From positions 51,070 through 115,069 of the forward strand of contig JAZRXB010000247.1 of NCBI GenBank assembly GCA_045600005.1: a stretch of DNA of 64,000 nucleotides, read 5' to 3'. How positions within the stretch are numbered: position 1 is the first letter of the stretch; every line of letters starts with the position of its first letter. Below are positions 35,068 to 44,792 of the stretch, piece after piece. The notes beneath the pieces were generated by a model that did not search any database, was not told the origin of the DNA, and saw nothing but the letters and a program-made list of their open reading frames with translations. This stretch comes from Eubacteriales bacterium. Its GTDB lineage: Bacteria; Bacillota; Clostridia; Oscillospirales; CAG-272. The position numbers were made by a program, and so were the translations under genes.

Positions 35068-37464
35068 ATGAATTTATCGCTTGAATGGGCTAACGATTTC
35101 GTCGATCTCGGCGGAATCACGGCAAAAGAATACTGCGACCGTATGACCGCGACCGGTTCCAAGGTCGAAGGCTTTGAAATCCTCGGCGAGGACATTGAAA
35201 ACGTCATCGTCGGCAGGGTCCTGTCTCTGGAACGTCACCCCGATTCCGACCATCTCTGGGTCTGTCAGATCGACTTCGGCGAGGAAACCCCGACGCAGAT
35301 CGTGACCGGCGCACAGAATCTGTTCGTCGGCGCGCTCGTCCCGGCAGCAAAGGCTCCGGCGAAGCTTCCCGGCGGCGTGACCATCAAGGCGGGCAAGCTG
35401 CGCGGCGTTCCGTCCAACGGCATGATGTGCTCCATCGGCGAGCTGAATCTGACCACGCACGATATGCCGGGCGCGTGCGAGGACGGCATCTTCATTCTGA
35501 ACGATTTCAACTGCAAGCCGGGCGACGACATCCGCGACGTGCTGAAGCTCTCCGACACCGTCGTTGAGTTCGAGATCACCTCCAACCGTCCGGACTGCCT
35601 GTCGGTCATCGGTCTGGCGCGCGAGTCCGCCGTTTCGTTCGAGAAGAAGTTCACGCTTCCGAAGCCGGTCGTCACCTTTGCGAAGGACGGCGATAAGATC
35701 GAAAACTATCTTTCGGTCGACGTGGCTGCCGACGCGAAGCTCTGCCCGCGCTATACCGCCCGCGTGGTCAAGAACGTGAAGATCGGTCCGTCTCCGCTCT
35801 GGATGAGGATGCGTCTGCGCGCGTCCGGCGTCCGTCCGATCAACAACATCGTCGATATCACGAACTATGTCATGCTCGAATACGGTCAGCCGATGCACGC
35901 CTTTGACTACGCCTGCCTCGACGGAAGCAAAATCATCGTCCGCCTTGCCGAAAACGGCGAGACCTTCAAGTCGCTGGACGACACCGATCACGTCCTGAAG
36001 GACACCAACCTTGTTATTGCCGACGAAAAGAAGGCGGTCGCTCTGGCAGGCGTCATGGGCGGCGCGAACAGCGAGATCAAGGACGGCACGACGACGGTCG
36101 TCTTCGAGAGCGCCAACTTCCTCGGCAGCTCGGTCCGCGTTACCGCCAAGAGCCAGGGTATGCGCACCGAAAGCTCGGGACGCTTCGAGAAGGGGCTTGA
36201 CCCCGAAAACACGATGCCGGCAGTCGACCGCGCGTGCGAGCTGGTCACGCTGCTCAGCGCGGGCGAAGTGGTCGAAGGCACGATCGACGTCTACAAGGGC
36301 AGAGAAGAGCCCTATAAGATGAAGCTCGAAGCCGACCGCATCAACGCCTTCCTCGGTCTGAACGTCAGCGCGGACTACATGAAGGAAGTCCTGAAAAAGC
36401 TCGAATTCGAGATCGACGGCGACACGCTGACCGTTCCGTCCTTCCGCGCGGACTGCCGCTGCATGAACGATATCGCGGAGGAGATCCTGCGCATTTACGG
36501 CTACAACACCATCGAAGCGACGAAATTCGTCACGCCGATCACCTCCGGCAGCCGCACGCCGGTCCAGAAGTTTGAGCTTCTCTGCGCCGAAACGCTCTGC
36601 GCGATGGGACTTTACGAGTGCGAGACCTTCTCGTTCATCAGCCCGAAATACTACGACCGGATCGGTCTTGCCGAAGACGACCCGCGCCGCAAATCCATCG
36701 TCATCTCCAACCCGCTCGGCGAGGATACCAGCGTCATGCGCACGACCGCCATTCCGTCGATGCTCGAGGTCCTGGCGCGCAACAACAACTATCACGCCGA
36801 AAAGACCGCTCTGTTCGAGCTGGCGAAGGTCTATCTGCCCGACAGCGACCCGGACAAGCTCCCGGACGAGCGCCGTCAGATCGTCATCGGCTTCTTCCGC
36901 GGCGGCGATTTCTATACGCTCAAGGGAATTTGCGATCAGCTGCTCGGCAAAGCGGGCGTGACGGTGAATTATGTCGCCGAATCGAACGACCCGACCTTCC
37001 ATCCCGGACGCTGTGCAAAGCTCGTCTGCGAAGACGGCACGGTCATCGGAACGATCGGTCAGATCCATCCGAACGTAGCGGCGAACTATGCCATCGAGGA
37101 AGCGGTCTATGTCGCCAACCTCGATTTCGAGGATCTGTTCGCAAAGGCTGACCTTACCAAGCACTTCACGGCTCTGCCGAAGTTCCCGGCGATCACGCGC
37201 GATTTCGCATTCGTCTGCGACGACGCGCTGGAGGTCGGCGCGATCGAAGCCGTCATGAAGAAAGCGGGCGGCAAGACGGTCGAAGCAGTCAAGCTGTTCG
37301 ACGTGTACCGCGGCAAGCAGCTCGGCGAGGGCAAGAAGAGCGTCGCGTTCAACGTCATGCTCCGCGCCGCCGATCACACGCTGACCGACGAGGAAGCGGA
37401 CAAGGCAACGAAGAAGATCCTCACCCTGCTCGACCGCGAGCTGGGCATCACGCTGCGCGCGTAA
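35068..37464 (+). CDS. pheT: phenylalanine--tRNA ligase beta subunit
   Basis: N-terminal tRNA-binding domain (VVGRVLSLERHPDSDHLWVCQIDFG), B3/4 and B5 regions, and a C-terminal FDX-ACB domain (FDVYRGKQLGEGKKSVAF). Confidence 0.97.
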   Translation: MNLSLEWANDFVDLGGITAKEYCDRMTATGSKVEGFEILGEDIENVIVGRVLSLERHPDSDHLWVCQIDFGEETPTQIVTGAQNLFVGALVPAAKAPAKLPGGVTIKAGKLRGVPSNGMMCSIGELNLTTHDMPGACEDGIFILNDFNCKPGDDIRDVLKLSDTVVEFEITSNRPDCLSVIGLARESAVSFEKKFTLPKPVVTFAKDGDKIENYLSVDVAADAKLCPRYTARVVKNVKIGPSPLWMRMRLRASGVRPINNIVDITNYVMLEYGQPMHAFDYACLDGSKIIVRLAENGETFKSLDDTDHVLKDTNLVIADEKKAVALAGVMGGANSEIKDGTTTVVFESANFLGSSVRVTAKSQGMRTESSGRFEKGLDPENTMPAVDRACELVTLLSAGEVVEGTIDVYKGREEPYKMKLEADRINAFLGLNVSADYMKEVLKKLEFEIDGDTLTVPSFRADCRCMNDIAEEILRIYGYNTIEATKFVTPITSGSRTPVQKFELLCAETLCAMGLYECETFSFISPKYYDRIGLAEDDPRRKSIVISNPLGEDTSVMRTTAIPSMLEVLARNNNYHAEKTALFELAKVYLPDSDPDKLPDERRQIVIGFFRGGDFYTLKGICDQLLGKAGVTVNYVAESNDPTFHPGRCAKLVCEDGTVIGTIGQIHPNVAANYAIEEAVYVANLDFEDLFAKADLTKHFTALPKFPAITRDFAFVCDDALEVGAIEAVMKKAGGKTVEAVKLFDVYRGKQLGEGKKSVAFNVMLRAADHTLTDEEADKATKKILTLLDRELGITLRA

Positions 37465-37471
37465 AACAATA

Positions 37472-37511
37472 CAGAAATCTGCCGTCCGGTCTGTCCGGCG
37501 GCAGATTTCTG
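37472..37511 (+). terminator. 13-bp hairpin after pheT (no clear U-tract)
   Basis: CAGAAATCTGCCG ... CGGCAGATTTCTG. Confidence 0.45.
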
Positions 37512-37530
37512 CACCTGAGTATCAATTTCA

Positions 37531-37567
37531 ATAGTCGATTGTAAAACTTCGTTTTACAATCGACTAT
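37531..37567. repeat. solo copy of the CGATTGTAAAAC-N3-GTTTTACAATCG palindrome (arms extended to 17 bp)
   Basis: ATAGTCGATTGTAAAAC-TTC-GTTTTACAATCGACTAT. The core ends 31 nt before the ATG at 37594. Confidence 0.9.
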
Positions 37568-37593
37568 GTTACAGGATATAAGGAGGATCGGCT

Positions 37594-38490
37594 ATGTACT
37601 ATACCAATCCCGATCTTGGCTGCTTTGCCAAGGACCCCGCCGTCGTGGAGTTCGGCGGAGCGTGGTATCTGTATCATTCTGTCGTGGTCGAAAAAAAGCT
37701 GGGCGTCGGCATCAGCCGCTCGGCGGACGGAGATCGCTTCGAGCGCATCGCGGTACTGCCGTTTGAGCAGGACTGCGAGCAGACCGGCGTCGGCGCACCC
37801 GGCGCGATCGTTCTGAACGGAAGGGTCCACCTGTTCTATCAGACTTACGGGACCGGAAAGCTCGACGCGATCTGCCACGCGGTGTCGGATGACGGCGTGC
37901 ATTTTGTCAAGGATGCCTCGAACCCGATCTTTGCGCCGCGTGAGCCGTGGGCGGAAATGCCGGAATGGTCGTGCGGACGCGCGATCGATGCGGACGTCTG
38001 TGTGTTCGGCGACCGGCTCATCCTGTATTTTGCGACCCGTGACAAGGCGTTCGAGCGTCAGATCGTCGGCGCGGCATGGGCGCCGGTCGACAGCGACTTT
38101 TCGCGCGGGAGCTGGACGCTTTACCCGAAGCTCGTGCTGGAACCGATGCTCGACTGGGAGATCACCTGCATCGAAGCGCCTGCCGCACTGGTCCGCGACG
38201 GGAAAGTCTGGCTGTTCTATGCCGGAGCGTACAACTGCGCGCCGCAGCAGATCGGCTGCGCGGTGTCGGAGGACGGCTTCGCCTTCTGCCGCCTGTTCGT
38301 TGAAAAGCCGCTGCTCGCAAACGGCGCGCCCGGCACATGGAACGAGAGCGAGTCGGGGCATCCGTACATTTATCAGGCGGACGACGGCAGGATCTGGCTC
38401 TATCATCAGGGCTCGAACGACAAAGGCAGGACGTGGTATCTGTCCCGCCGCGAGATCGTATTTGAAAACGGTCTTCCAACCATTCGGTGA
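37594..38490 (+). CDS. five-bladed beta-propeller glycoside hydrolase, GH43-like
   Basis: CFAKDPAVVEFGGAWYLY (base Asp), RAIDADVCVF (middle Asp) and ITCIEAPAALVRDGKVWLFY (acid Glu), in the order typical of GH43-superfamily enzymes. Confidence 0.5.
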   Translation: MYYTNPDLGCFAKDPAVVEFGGAWYLYHSVVVEKKLGVGISRSADGDRFERIAVLPFEQDCEQTGVGAPGAIVLNGRVHLFYQTYGTGKLDAICHAVSDDGVHFVKDASNPIFAPREPWAEMPEWSCGRAIDADVCVFGDRLILYFATRDKAFERQIVGAAWAPVDSDFSRGSWTLYPKLVLEPMLDWEITCIEAPAALVRDGKVWLFYAGAYNCAPQQIGCAVSEDGFAFCRLFVEKPLLANGAPGTWNESESGHPYIYQADDGRIWLYHQGSNDKGRTWYLSRREIVFENGLPTIR

Positions 38491-38531
38491 AATCTGATTG
38501 CACGTTCGATAAAATTAGTTTCACGGCGAAT

Positions 38532-38574
38532 AAAAAACATGCCGGAAGCAGCTGCTGCTTCCGGCATGTTTTAT
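38532..38574. terminator. bidirectional terminator between convergent genes
   Basis: A stem of about 18 bp, AAAACATGCCGGAAGCAG / CTGCTTCCGGCATGTTTT, with an A-run before it and a T-run after it. Confidence 0.8.
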
Positions 38575-38588
38575 CGCGGAGCTCCGCG

Positions 38589-39218
38589 TTATCTGACCAG
38601 TCTGAATTCGCCGAACATTTCGGGACGGTGGAAATCGGGTGCGGGCGTGTCGATGGGCGCCCACGAGCTGTACGGTTCGACCGCATGGTCGCCGCCGCAC
38701 TTATAGATGTTTCCCTTGAAAACGGTTTCGGGCGTGATCCTGTCCAGTCCAAACAGGCGGAGCAGTACGGCTTCCGGAACGAACTCGAACAGCTCCCATG
38801 TTTCGGCGGTTTTTTTCACCGTGACCGGGAACGGCTCGACGCCGAGATCGACGATCGAAACGCGCCCGTTCCGCTCAACGCCGAAGCCGATGAGCGTGGT
38901 CGGGTCGGAGTTGCATTCGATGTTGACGTAGCCGTTGTCCGGCTTGCCGGGCGCGTGCATGGTGAAGAAAAATTCCATACAGCTGTCAAGATAGACCGGC
39001 TCGTTGTGCTTGTGGTAACGGGAGACGGGGTCTGCTTCGGCGCAGAACAGGTGGATGTACAGTCCGGCTTTTTTGTTTTTTGTGTCGGCATAGACGATCT
39101 GCGCATAGGTTTCCGGTTTGTAGTCGGTCCCCCAGAGATGGTTTTCGAGACGCGCTTTTCCGACGGCGCTCCAGTCGCCCGGAACGTCGGCGGCGATCAT
39201 GACCTGATAGCTTTTCAT
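38589..39218 (-). CDS. carbohydrate-binding family 9-like (DOMON-like) protein, name uncertain
   Basis: About 209 aa. The C-terminal WAPIDTPAPDFHRPEMFGEF resembles the CBM9-like family motif as I recall it. Start taken at MKSYQVMI. Confidence 0.35.
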   Translation of the reverse strand: MKSYQVMIAADVPGDWSAVGKARLENHLWGTDYKPETYAQIVYADTKNKKAGLYIHLFCAEADPVSRYHKHNEPVYLDSCMEFFFTMHAPGKPDNGYVNIECNSDPTTLIGFGVERNGRVSIVDLGVEPFPVTVKKTAETWELFEFVPEAVLLRLFGLDRITPETVFKGNIYKCGGDHAVEPYSSWAPIDTPAPDFHRPEMFGEFRLVR

Positions 39219-39348
39219 GACGTGATTCCTCCGTGTTTTTCGACAGCCGGTCGGATTGACAGCCGACCGTTTTTTTCTATTATACAACATTTCCGTGCCG
39301 GATGCAACCGGACGGAGAAAATTCGTCAGATTTTTTTCCGAAAAGGTG

Positions 39349-39377
39349 TTTACAAATCGGGCGGGATGTAATATAAT
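39349..39377 (+). promoter_or_regulatory. sigma-A-type promoter, TTTACA-17-TATAAT, driving the cysE T-box leader
   Basis: TTTACA at 39349-39354 and TATAAT at 39372-39377. Confidence 0.6.
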
Positions 39378-39379
39378 AG

Positions 39380-39672
39380 TAGAGGATAGCAGAAAGGCTG
39401 TGAGCGGAAGGATACCGCGCAGACCGGTTACAGAGAATCGCGCCCCGGAAACGGGTGGTGAAAGCGCGCCGAGAGGTACGGTAAGAAGTGCGTCCGTGAG
39501 CCGTTCCGGTGAAGGTCAGTAGCCGGTTCCGTGCGCTTCACGTTACAGGAGCGGGAGATATCCGTCCTGCCGTTTTACGGCGGCGAAGGTCTCCGATGAG
39601 AACCAAAATAAAGTGGAACCGCGTCTCTGCCGCCTTTATGGATCCTTGCGATCGGGGGCGTTTTTTGTTTTA
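39380..39672 (+). promoter_or_regulatory. T-box leader, Cys-specific
   Basis: AGAGA at about 39432, distal GGTGGTGAAAG, and the specifier context GAAG-UGC-G with UGC at 39489-39491. The T-box sequence AAATAAAGTGGAACCGCG is at about 39606-39623. The element ends in GGGGGCGTTTTTTGTTTT. Confidence 0.8.
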
Positions 39673-39684
39673 CAGGAGGTTTTG

Positions 39685-40413
39685 ATGGGACGAAACGTCA
39701 TGGACGATCTCGAAAAACTGAAAAAGGGCGCCGTGCGCGCGAAAAACGAGATCGTCAACGATATTAAGGTCATCCGGGAACGCGACCCGGCAGCGACCAG
39801 CGACATTGAGGTGGCGCTGCTCTATTCGGGCTTTCACGCCCTGCTCGCCTATCGTGTGTCGCACAAATTCTACGAAAAGCAGCATTATTTCACCGCCCGC
39901 ATGATCAGTCAGGGCGCGCGCTTTCTGACCGGCATCGAGATCCATCCCGGCGCGAAGATCGGAAAAGGGCTGTTCATCGACCACGGCAGCGGCGTCGTCA
40001 TCGGCGAAACGGCGGAGATCGGCGACAACTGTACCCTGTATCAGGGCGTGACCCTCGGCGGTACGGGAAAGCACGTCGGCAAGCGTCACCCCACGCTGGG
40101 CGACAACGTGATGGTCGGTTCGGGCGCGAAGGTTCTCGGACCCTTCCGCGTCGGCGACAACACGAAGATCGCGGCGGGCGCGGTCGTTCTCGCCGAGATC
40201 CCGGACAACTGCACGGCGGTCGGCATCCCGGCCAGAGTCGTGAAGCGCAACAATCAGAAGATCGAAAACGACCTCGATCAGGTCCACATTCCCGACCCGG
40301 TCGCGCAGGAGCTCTGCCGCATGAGCGCCCGCATCGACGAGCTGGAAGCCCGGCTGAAAATCGCCGAGGAAGCAAAAGATCGATCGGATACGAATCAAAA
40401 CAGCCGTTTGTAA
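39685..40413 (+). CDS. cysE: serine O-acetyltransferase
   Basis: ERDPAATSDIEVALLYSGFHALLAYRVSH N-domain and hexapeptide repeats (IHPGAKIGKGLFIDHGSGVVIGETAEIGDNCTLYQGVTLGG). AGGAGG SD at 39674-39679. Confidence 0.9.
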   Translation: MGRNVMDDLEKLKKGAVRAKNEIVNDIKVIRERDPAATSDIEVALLYSGFHALLAYRVSHKFYEKQHYFTARMISQGARFLTGIEIHPGAKIGKGLFIDHGSGVVIGETAEIGDNCTLYQGVTLGGTGKHVGKRHPTLGDNVMVGSGAKVLGPFRVGDNTKIAAGAVVLAEIPDNCTAVGIPARVVKRNNQKIENDLDQVHIPDPVAQELCRMSARIDELEARLKIAEEAKDRSDTNQNSRL

Positions 40414-40431
40414 AAATGGTTTAAGATGATG

Positions 40432-40620
40432 AACGTTATAATAAAATCCGTTTTTATGTCGGCTTTGCCGACATAAAAACCCCTCTAAGGCGAGCAAAGC
40501 GAGCCCTCGCGCCGATATGGGGAGAGCCGACAAAACAAAGTTTTGTCGGCGGGCAAAAACGTAGTTTTTGTCTGCGGCGATAAGCGCGAGTACCGATTGT
40601 AAAACGAAGTTTTACAATCG
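40432..40620 (+). repeat. composite multi-hairpin intergenic repeat, copy B (between cysE and cysS)
   Basis: Hairpins at 40450-40480 (14 bp perfect), 40526-40550 (10 bp), 40549-40575 (12 bp with 2 G.U; this module is absent from copy A) and 40594-40620 (CGATTGTAAAAC-GAA-GTTTTACAATCG). Confidence 0.85.
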
Positions 40621-40653
40621 ATTAATACGAATCAAACGGAAGGAGAATGATCC

Positions 40654-42048
40654 ATGAGACTTTACAACACACTGACAAGACAGAAGGACGAATTCATCCC
40701 GCTCGACGGGAAGAACGTCAAAATGTACGCCTGCGGTCCGACCGTGTACAATTTCTTCCACATCGGAAACGCGCGCTGCTTCACGGTGTTCGATATGCTC
40801 AGACGCTATCTCGAATACCGCGGCTACAACGTCACCTTCGTCCAGAACTTCACCGACGTGGACGATAAGATGATCAAGCGCGCCAACGAAGAGGGAACGA
40901 CGGTCAGGGAAGTCGCCGAGCGGTATATCGGCGAATACTTCACCGACGCGAAGGGACTCGGCATCCGTCCCGCGACCGTTCATCCCCGTGCGACCGAAAA
41001 CATTGACGAGATCATCCGCATCGTTTCGACGCTGATCGAAAAGGGTCACGCCTACGAAGCGAACGGCGACGTCTATTTCCGCACGCTTTCGTTCAAGGAA
41101 TACGGCAAGCTGTCGCATATGCCCATCGACGAGCTGGAAAAGGGCGCGCGCATCGACGTCACCGAGCAGAAGGAGGACGCGCTTGACTTCGCTCTCTGGA
41201 AAGCCGCCAAGCCGGGCGAGCCGTCGTGGGACAGCCCGTGGGGCAAGGGACGTCCGGGCTGGCACATCGAATGCTCCGCGATGGTGCTGCGCTATCTCGG
41301 CGAATCCATCGACATCCACTGCGGTGGTCAGGACCTGACCTTCCCGCATCATGAAAACGAAGTCGCGCAGTCCGAGTGCTGCACCGGCAAGCCCTTCGCA
41401 CGCTTCTGGCTGCACAACGGCTACATCAACGTCAACAACACGAAGATGTCCAAATCGCTCGGCAACTTCTTCACGGTCCGCGACGTGGCCGCCAAGTACG
41501 GTTATCCGGCGATCCGCTTCTTCATCCTCAGCGCGCATTACAGAAGCCCGATCAACTTCTCCGCAGAGATCATCGAGCAGTCGAAGAACGCGCTCGAACG
41601 CATCGCCAACTGCATGAACAATCTGAAGTTCTACCTGAAGACCGCGCCCGAAGGCGGTCTGACCGACGAGGTGAAGGCTGCCGTCGACGGACGGAAGAAC
41701 GCCTTTATCGAAGCGATGGACGACGATTTCAACACCGCCGACGGCATCGCGGCGATCTTCGATCTGGTGCGCGACGCGAACGAGCTGATGGCGAAGGGCG
41801 CGAACCGTGCCGACGCCGCTTACGCCGAAGCGCTTCTCACCGAGCTCTGCACGCTGATGGGCTTTGCGAAGGAGGAAAGCAGCGACGACGCTTTCATCGC
41901 CGAGATCGAAGCCGCCATTGCCGAGCGCATGGCTGCGAAGAAGGCAAAGGATTACAAAAAAGCCGACCAGATCCGCGCAGATCTGCTTGCCAAGGGCGTC
42001 ATTCTCGAAGATACGCCGAAAGGCACAAAATACCGCATCGAAAAATAA
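40654..42048 (+). CDS. cysS: cysteine--tRNA ligase
   Basis: MYACGPTVYNFFHIGNARCF (HIGH) and KMSKSLGN (KMSKS). Confidence 0.97.
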   Translation: MRLYNTLTRQKDEFIPLDGKNVKMYACGPTVYNFFHIGNARCFTVFDMLRRYLEYRGYNVTFVQNFTDVDDKMIKRANEEGTTVREVAERYIGEYFTDAKGLGIRPATVHPRATENIDEIIRIVSTLIEKGHAYEANGDVYFRTLSFKEYGKLSHMPIDELEKGARIDVTEQKEDALDFALWKAAKPGEPSWDSPWGKGRPGWHIECSAMVLRYLGESIDIHCGGQDLTFPHHENEVAQSECCTGKPFARFWLHNGYINVNNTKMSKSLGNFFTVRDVAAKYGYPAIRFFILSAHYRSPINFSAEIIEQSKNALERIANCMNNLKFYLKTAPEGGLTDEVKAAVDGRKNAFIEAMDDDFNTADGIAAIFDLVRDANELMAKGANRADAAYAEALLTELCTLMGFAKEESSDDAFIAEIEAAIAERMAAKKAKDYKKADQIRADLLAKGVILEDTPKGTKYRIEK

Positions 42049-42167
42049 AAAAATCCGTACAGTTTGACTATTGAATTTTTATTCATTCTGGTATAATATA
42101 TATACAGGGCAAATTGTCGGACATTACAATCAGATTACCGCCAATACACAAAAAAAGGAGAACTGTC

Positions 42168-43001
42168 ATGAAGAAAATTCTTTCGCTTATCTTAGCGGTT
42201 TCCATGCTCGCTCTCGCGCTCGCATCCTGCGGCGGCAGCGGCAAGGTCAAAGTCATCGAGGTCGAGCTGACCCAGGAACAGTACGCATTCGGCGTTGACA
42301 AGGCACAGCCTGAGCTGCTTGACAAGGTCAACAGCATCATCAAGGAGATCAAGAGCAACGGCAAGTTTGACGAGATCTGCAACAAGTACTTCGGCGACGG
42401 CACGCCCACGCCGGTCCCGTCCGCAAAGCTCGACACCTCCAAGGATCAGTTCATCGTTGCGACCAACGCAGCATTCGAGCCGTTTGAATATATGGACGGC
42501 GAAAACTACCTCGGCATCGATATGGAGATCGCAAAGCTCATCGCCGACGAGCTCGGTCAGGAGCTGGTCATCAGCAACATGGATTTCGACGCCGTCTGCC
42601 TCTCCGTCGGTCAGCATAAGTGCGACATCGCCATGGCCGGTCTGACCATCAAGCCCGACCGCGAAGAATATGTCGCTTTCTCCGATTCCTATTACAACGC
42701 AGCACAGAAGATCATCGTCAAGGCTGACGACACCGCTTTTGACGCCTGCAAGACCGCTGAAGACGTAGAAGCAGTTCTCGCTTCCTTCGATGCGACTACC
42801 ACCATTGGCGTACAGAACGGCACGACCGGACAGTTCTATGTTGAGGGCGACGAGAGCTGGGGCTTCGCCGGCTTTGCAACCTCGATGAAGGGCTACAAGA
42901 ACGGTTCGCTGGCTGTTCAGGACCTTCTCAACGGCAACATTCAGTATGTCATCATCGACTCCGCTCCGGCAGCCTGCATCGCAAAGGCGTACAACGGCTG
43001 A
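42168..43001 (+). CDS. amino-acid ABC transporter substrate-binding lipoprotein
   Basis: Lipobox LALASCGG, and type-3 SBP blocks (FEPFEYMDGENYLGIDMEIAKLIADELG and DIAMAGLTIKPDR). Confidence 0.85.
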   Translation: MKKILSLILAVSMLALALASCGGSGKVKVIEVELTQEQYAFGVDKAQPELLDKVNSIIKEIKSNGKFDEICNKYFGDGTPTPVPSAKLDTSKDQFIVATNAAFEPFEYMDGENYLGIDMEIAKLIADELGQELVISNMDFDAVCLSVGQHKCDIAMAGLTIKPDREEYVAFSDSYYNAAQKIIVKADDTAFDACKTAEDVEAVLASFDATTTIGVQNGTTGQFYVEGDESWGFAGFATSMKGYKNGSLAVQDLLNGNIQYVIIDSAPAACIAKAYNG

Positions 43002-43103
43002 GTCGGGTTCCCTTGTCCTGAATCGATAAACACAAAAGCTGCTCTTCCGTCTCAAAGACGGGAGAGCGGCGCATTTTAATCAAAACGGGGAGTACGCAAA
43101 CTC

Positions 43104-43835
43104 ATGATGAACGCAGTTCCTGCCCTTCTGTTCGGAGGACGGAAGGTTGAAAAATTCCTTGACGTTCTGCTCAACAAGGGCGGCTATGTCAAGGTGCTGG
43201 AAGGTCTGCGCAATACGCTGATCATTGCGATATCAGGTCTTCTGATCGGCATCGTGATCGGTACGCTGATCGCAACGATCCGTGTTGTACCGAAATATCA
43301 GGTCCTTCCGCGCATTCTGAACGGGATCTGCACCGTTTATGTCGGCTTCTTCCGAGGAACGCCGATGGTGGTGCAGCTGCTGGTGTTTTATTATGTCCTG
43401 TTTCCGCTGATCGGAGTGAACATTACCGCCGTCAACGTCTCGATCCTCGTCTTCGGTCTGAACAGCGGCGCTTACATATCGGAAATGATGCGCGCCGGCA
43501 TCGAATCGGTCGACAGCGGACAGATGGAAGCGGGACGCGCGGTCGGTCTGTCGTTCCCTACGACCATGATGAAAATCGTGATCCCGCAGGCGATCAAGAA
43601 CATTCTGCCCACGCTCGGCAACGAATTTATCGCGCTGATCAAGGAGACCTCTGTCGTGTCTTTCGTCGGAGCGGCTGACCTTTATGTCGCTTTCAATATG
43701 ATCGGTACGAATTCCTATGAGTTCATGGTGCCGTATCTGGTCATGGCGATCATTTACATTATCATGATCGTCATCATCGCCGCAGGCATCAAGCTGATGG
43801 AGAGGGGGCTGAAGCGCAGTGACAGACGCCACTAA
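43104..43835 (+). CDS. amino-acid ABC transporter permease (His/Glu/Gln/Arg type)
   Basis: [15 protein letters not shown] and the EAA-loop region [28 protein letters not shown]. Confidence 0.85.
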   Translation: MMNAVPALLFGGRKVEKFLDVLLNKGGYVKVLEGLRNTLIIAISGLLIGIVIGTLIATIRVVPKYQVLPRILNGICTVYVGFFRGTPMVVQLLVFYYVLFPLIGVNITAVNVSILVFGLNSGAYISEMMRAGIESVDSGQMEAGRAVGLSFPTTMMKIVIPQAIKNILPTLGNEFIALIKETSVVSFVGAADLYVAFNMIGTNSYEFMVPYLVMAIIYIIMIVIIAAGIKLMERGLKRSDRRH

Positions 43836-44694
43836 TATGAAAAAAGACGGCGAGCGGGAGGTCCTGATCGACGTCATTGATCTTCAAAAGAATTTCGGCG
43901 AGCTGAAGGTCCTGCGCGGCATCACCACGACCATCCGCAAGGGAGATATCGTCTGCGTCATCGGTCCGTCCGGCAGCGGCAAGAGTACGTTCCTCCGCTG
44001 TCTCAACTGCATGGAAGACCCGTCCGGCGGAAAGATCATGTTCCACGACGTCAATATCGCCGATATGAAGGTCGATATCAACGTCCATCGCCGCAAGATG
44101 GGCATGGTGTTCCAGCAGTTCAATCTTTTCAACAACAAAACGGTCGTTCAGAATATCATGCTTGCGCCGGTACACGTCGGCGTGTCCGATCTGAACCGGG
44201 CGAAGCGGCATAATTTCTTCCTTCCGCTGACGAATCTGTTCTGCGGAAAGGATAACAAGAAAGAAAAGCTGCCCATCACGACGACCAAACAGGAGATCAA
44301 GGCGCAGGCAATGGAAAACGCGCTCCGTCTGCTCCGCCGCATCGGGCTGGAGGACAAGGCGAACGTGTATCCGTCCACGCTGTCCGGCGGTCAGAAGCAG
44401 CGTGTGGCGATCGTCCGCGCGCTGGCGATGAATCCCGAAGTGATCCTGTTCGACGAGCCGACGAGCGCGCTGGGCCCCGAAATGGTCGGCGAGGTGCTCG
44501 GTCTGATGAAAGAGCTGGCAAGGGAAGGCATGACGATGGTCGTCGTCACACATGAAATGGGCTTCGCACGCGAGGTCGGTACCCGCGTTCTGTTCATCGA
44601 CCGGGGTGTGATCCTCGAAGAAAATACGCCGAAGGAATTCTTTGCGAATCCGCAGAACGAGCGGACGATCGAATTCCTGTCCAAGGTGCTGTAA
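43819..44694 (+). CDS. amino-acid ABC transporter ATP-binding protein, with an insertion of about 30 aa and an atypical D-loop
   Basis: GPSGSGKST Walker A, LSGGQKQR signature and [11 protein letters not shown] Walker B/D-loop. GTG 43819 sits 9 nt after a GAGGGGG SD. Confidence 0.88.
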   Translation: MTDATNMKKDGEREVLIDVIDLQKNFGELKVLRGITTTIRKGDIVCVIGPSGSGKSTFLRCLNCMEDPSGGKIMFHDVNIADMKVDINVHRRKMGMVFQQFNLFNNKTVVQNIMLAPVHVGVSDLNRAKRHNFFLPLTNLFCGKDNKKEKLPITTTKQEIKAQAMENALRLLRRIGLEDKANVYPSTLSGGQKQRVAIVRALAMNPEVILFDEPTSALGPEMVGEVLGLMKELAREGMTMVVVTHEMGFAREVGTRVLFIDRGVILEENTPKEFFANPQNERTIEFLSKVL

Positions 44695-44699
44695 AGCGC

Positions 44700-44742
44700 A
44701 GACCGGCGCGCCGTCAGGCGGCGCGCCGGTCTTTTCTGCTTT
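44700..44742 (+). terminator. rho-independent terminator of the ABC operon
   Basis: A 13-bp GC-rich stem AGACCGGCGCGCC / GGCGCGCCGGTCT followed by TTTCTGCTTT. Confidence 0.8.
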
Positions 44743-44792
44743 GACAGACCGTATAAATATTCATAAACTCTGCATGAGAAAGGATGATGGGA

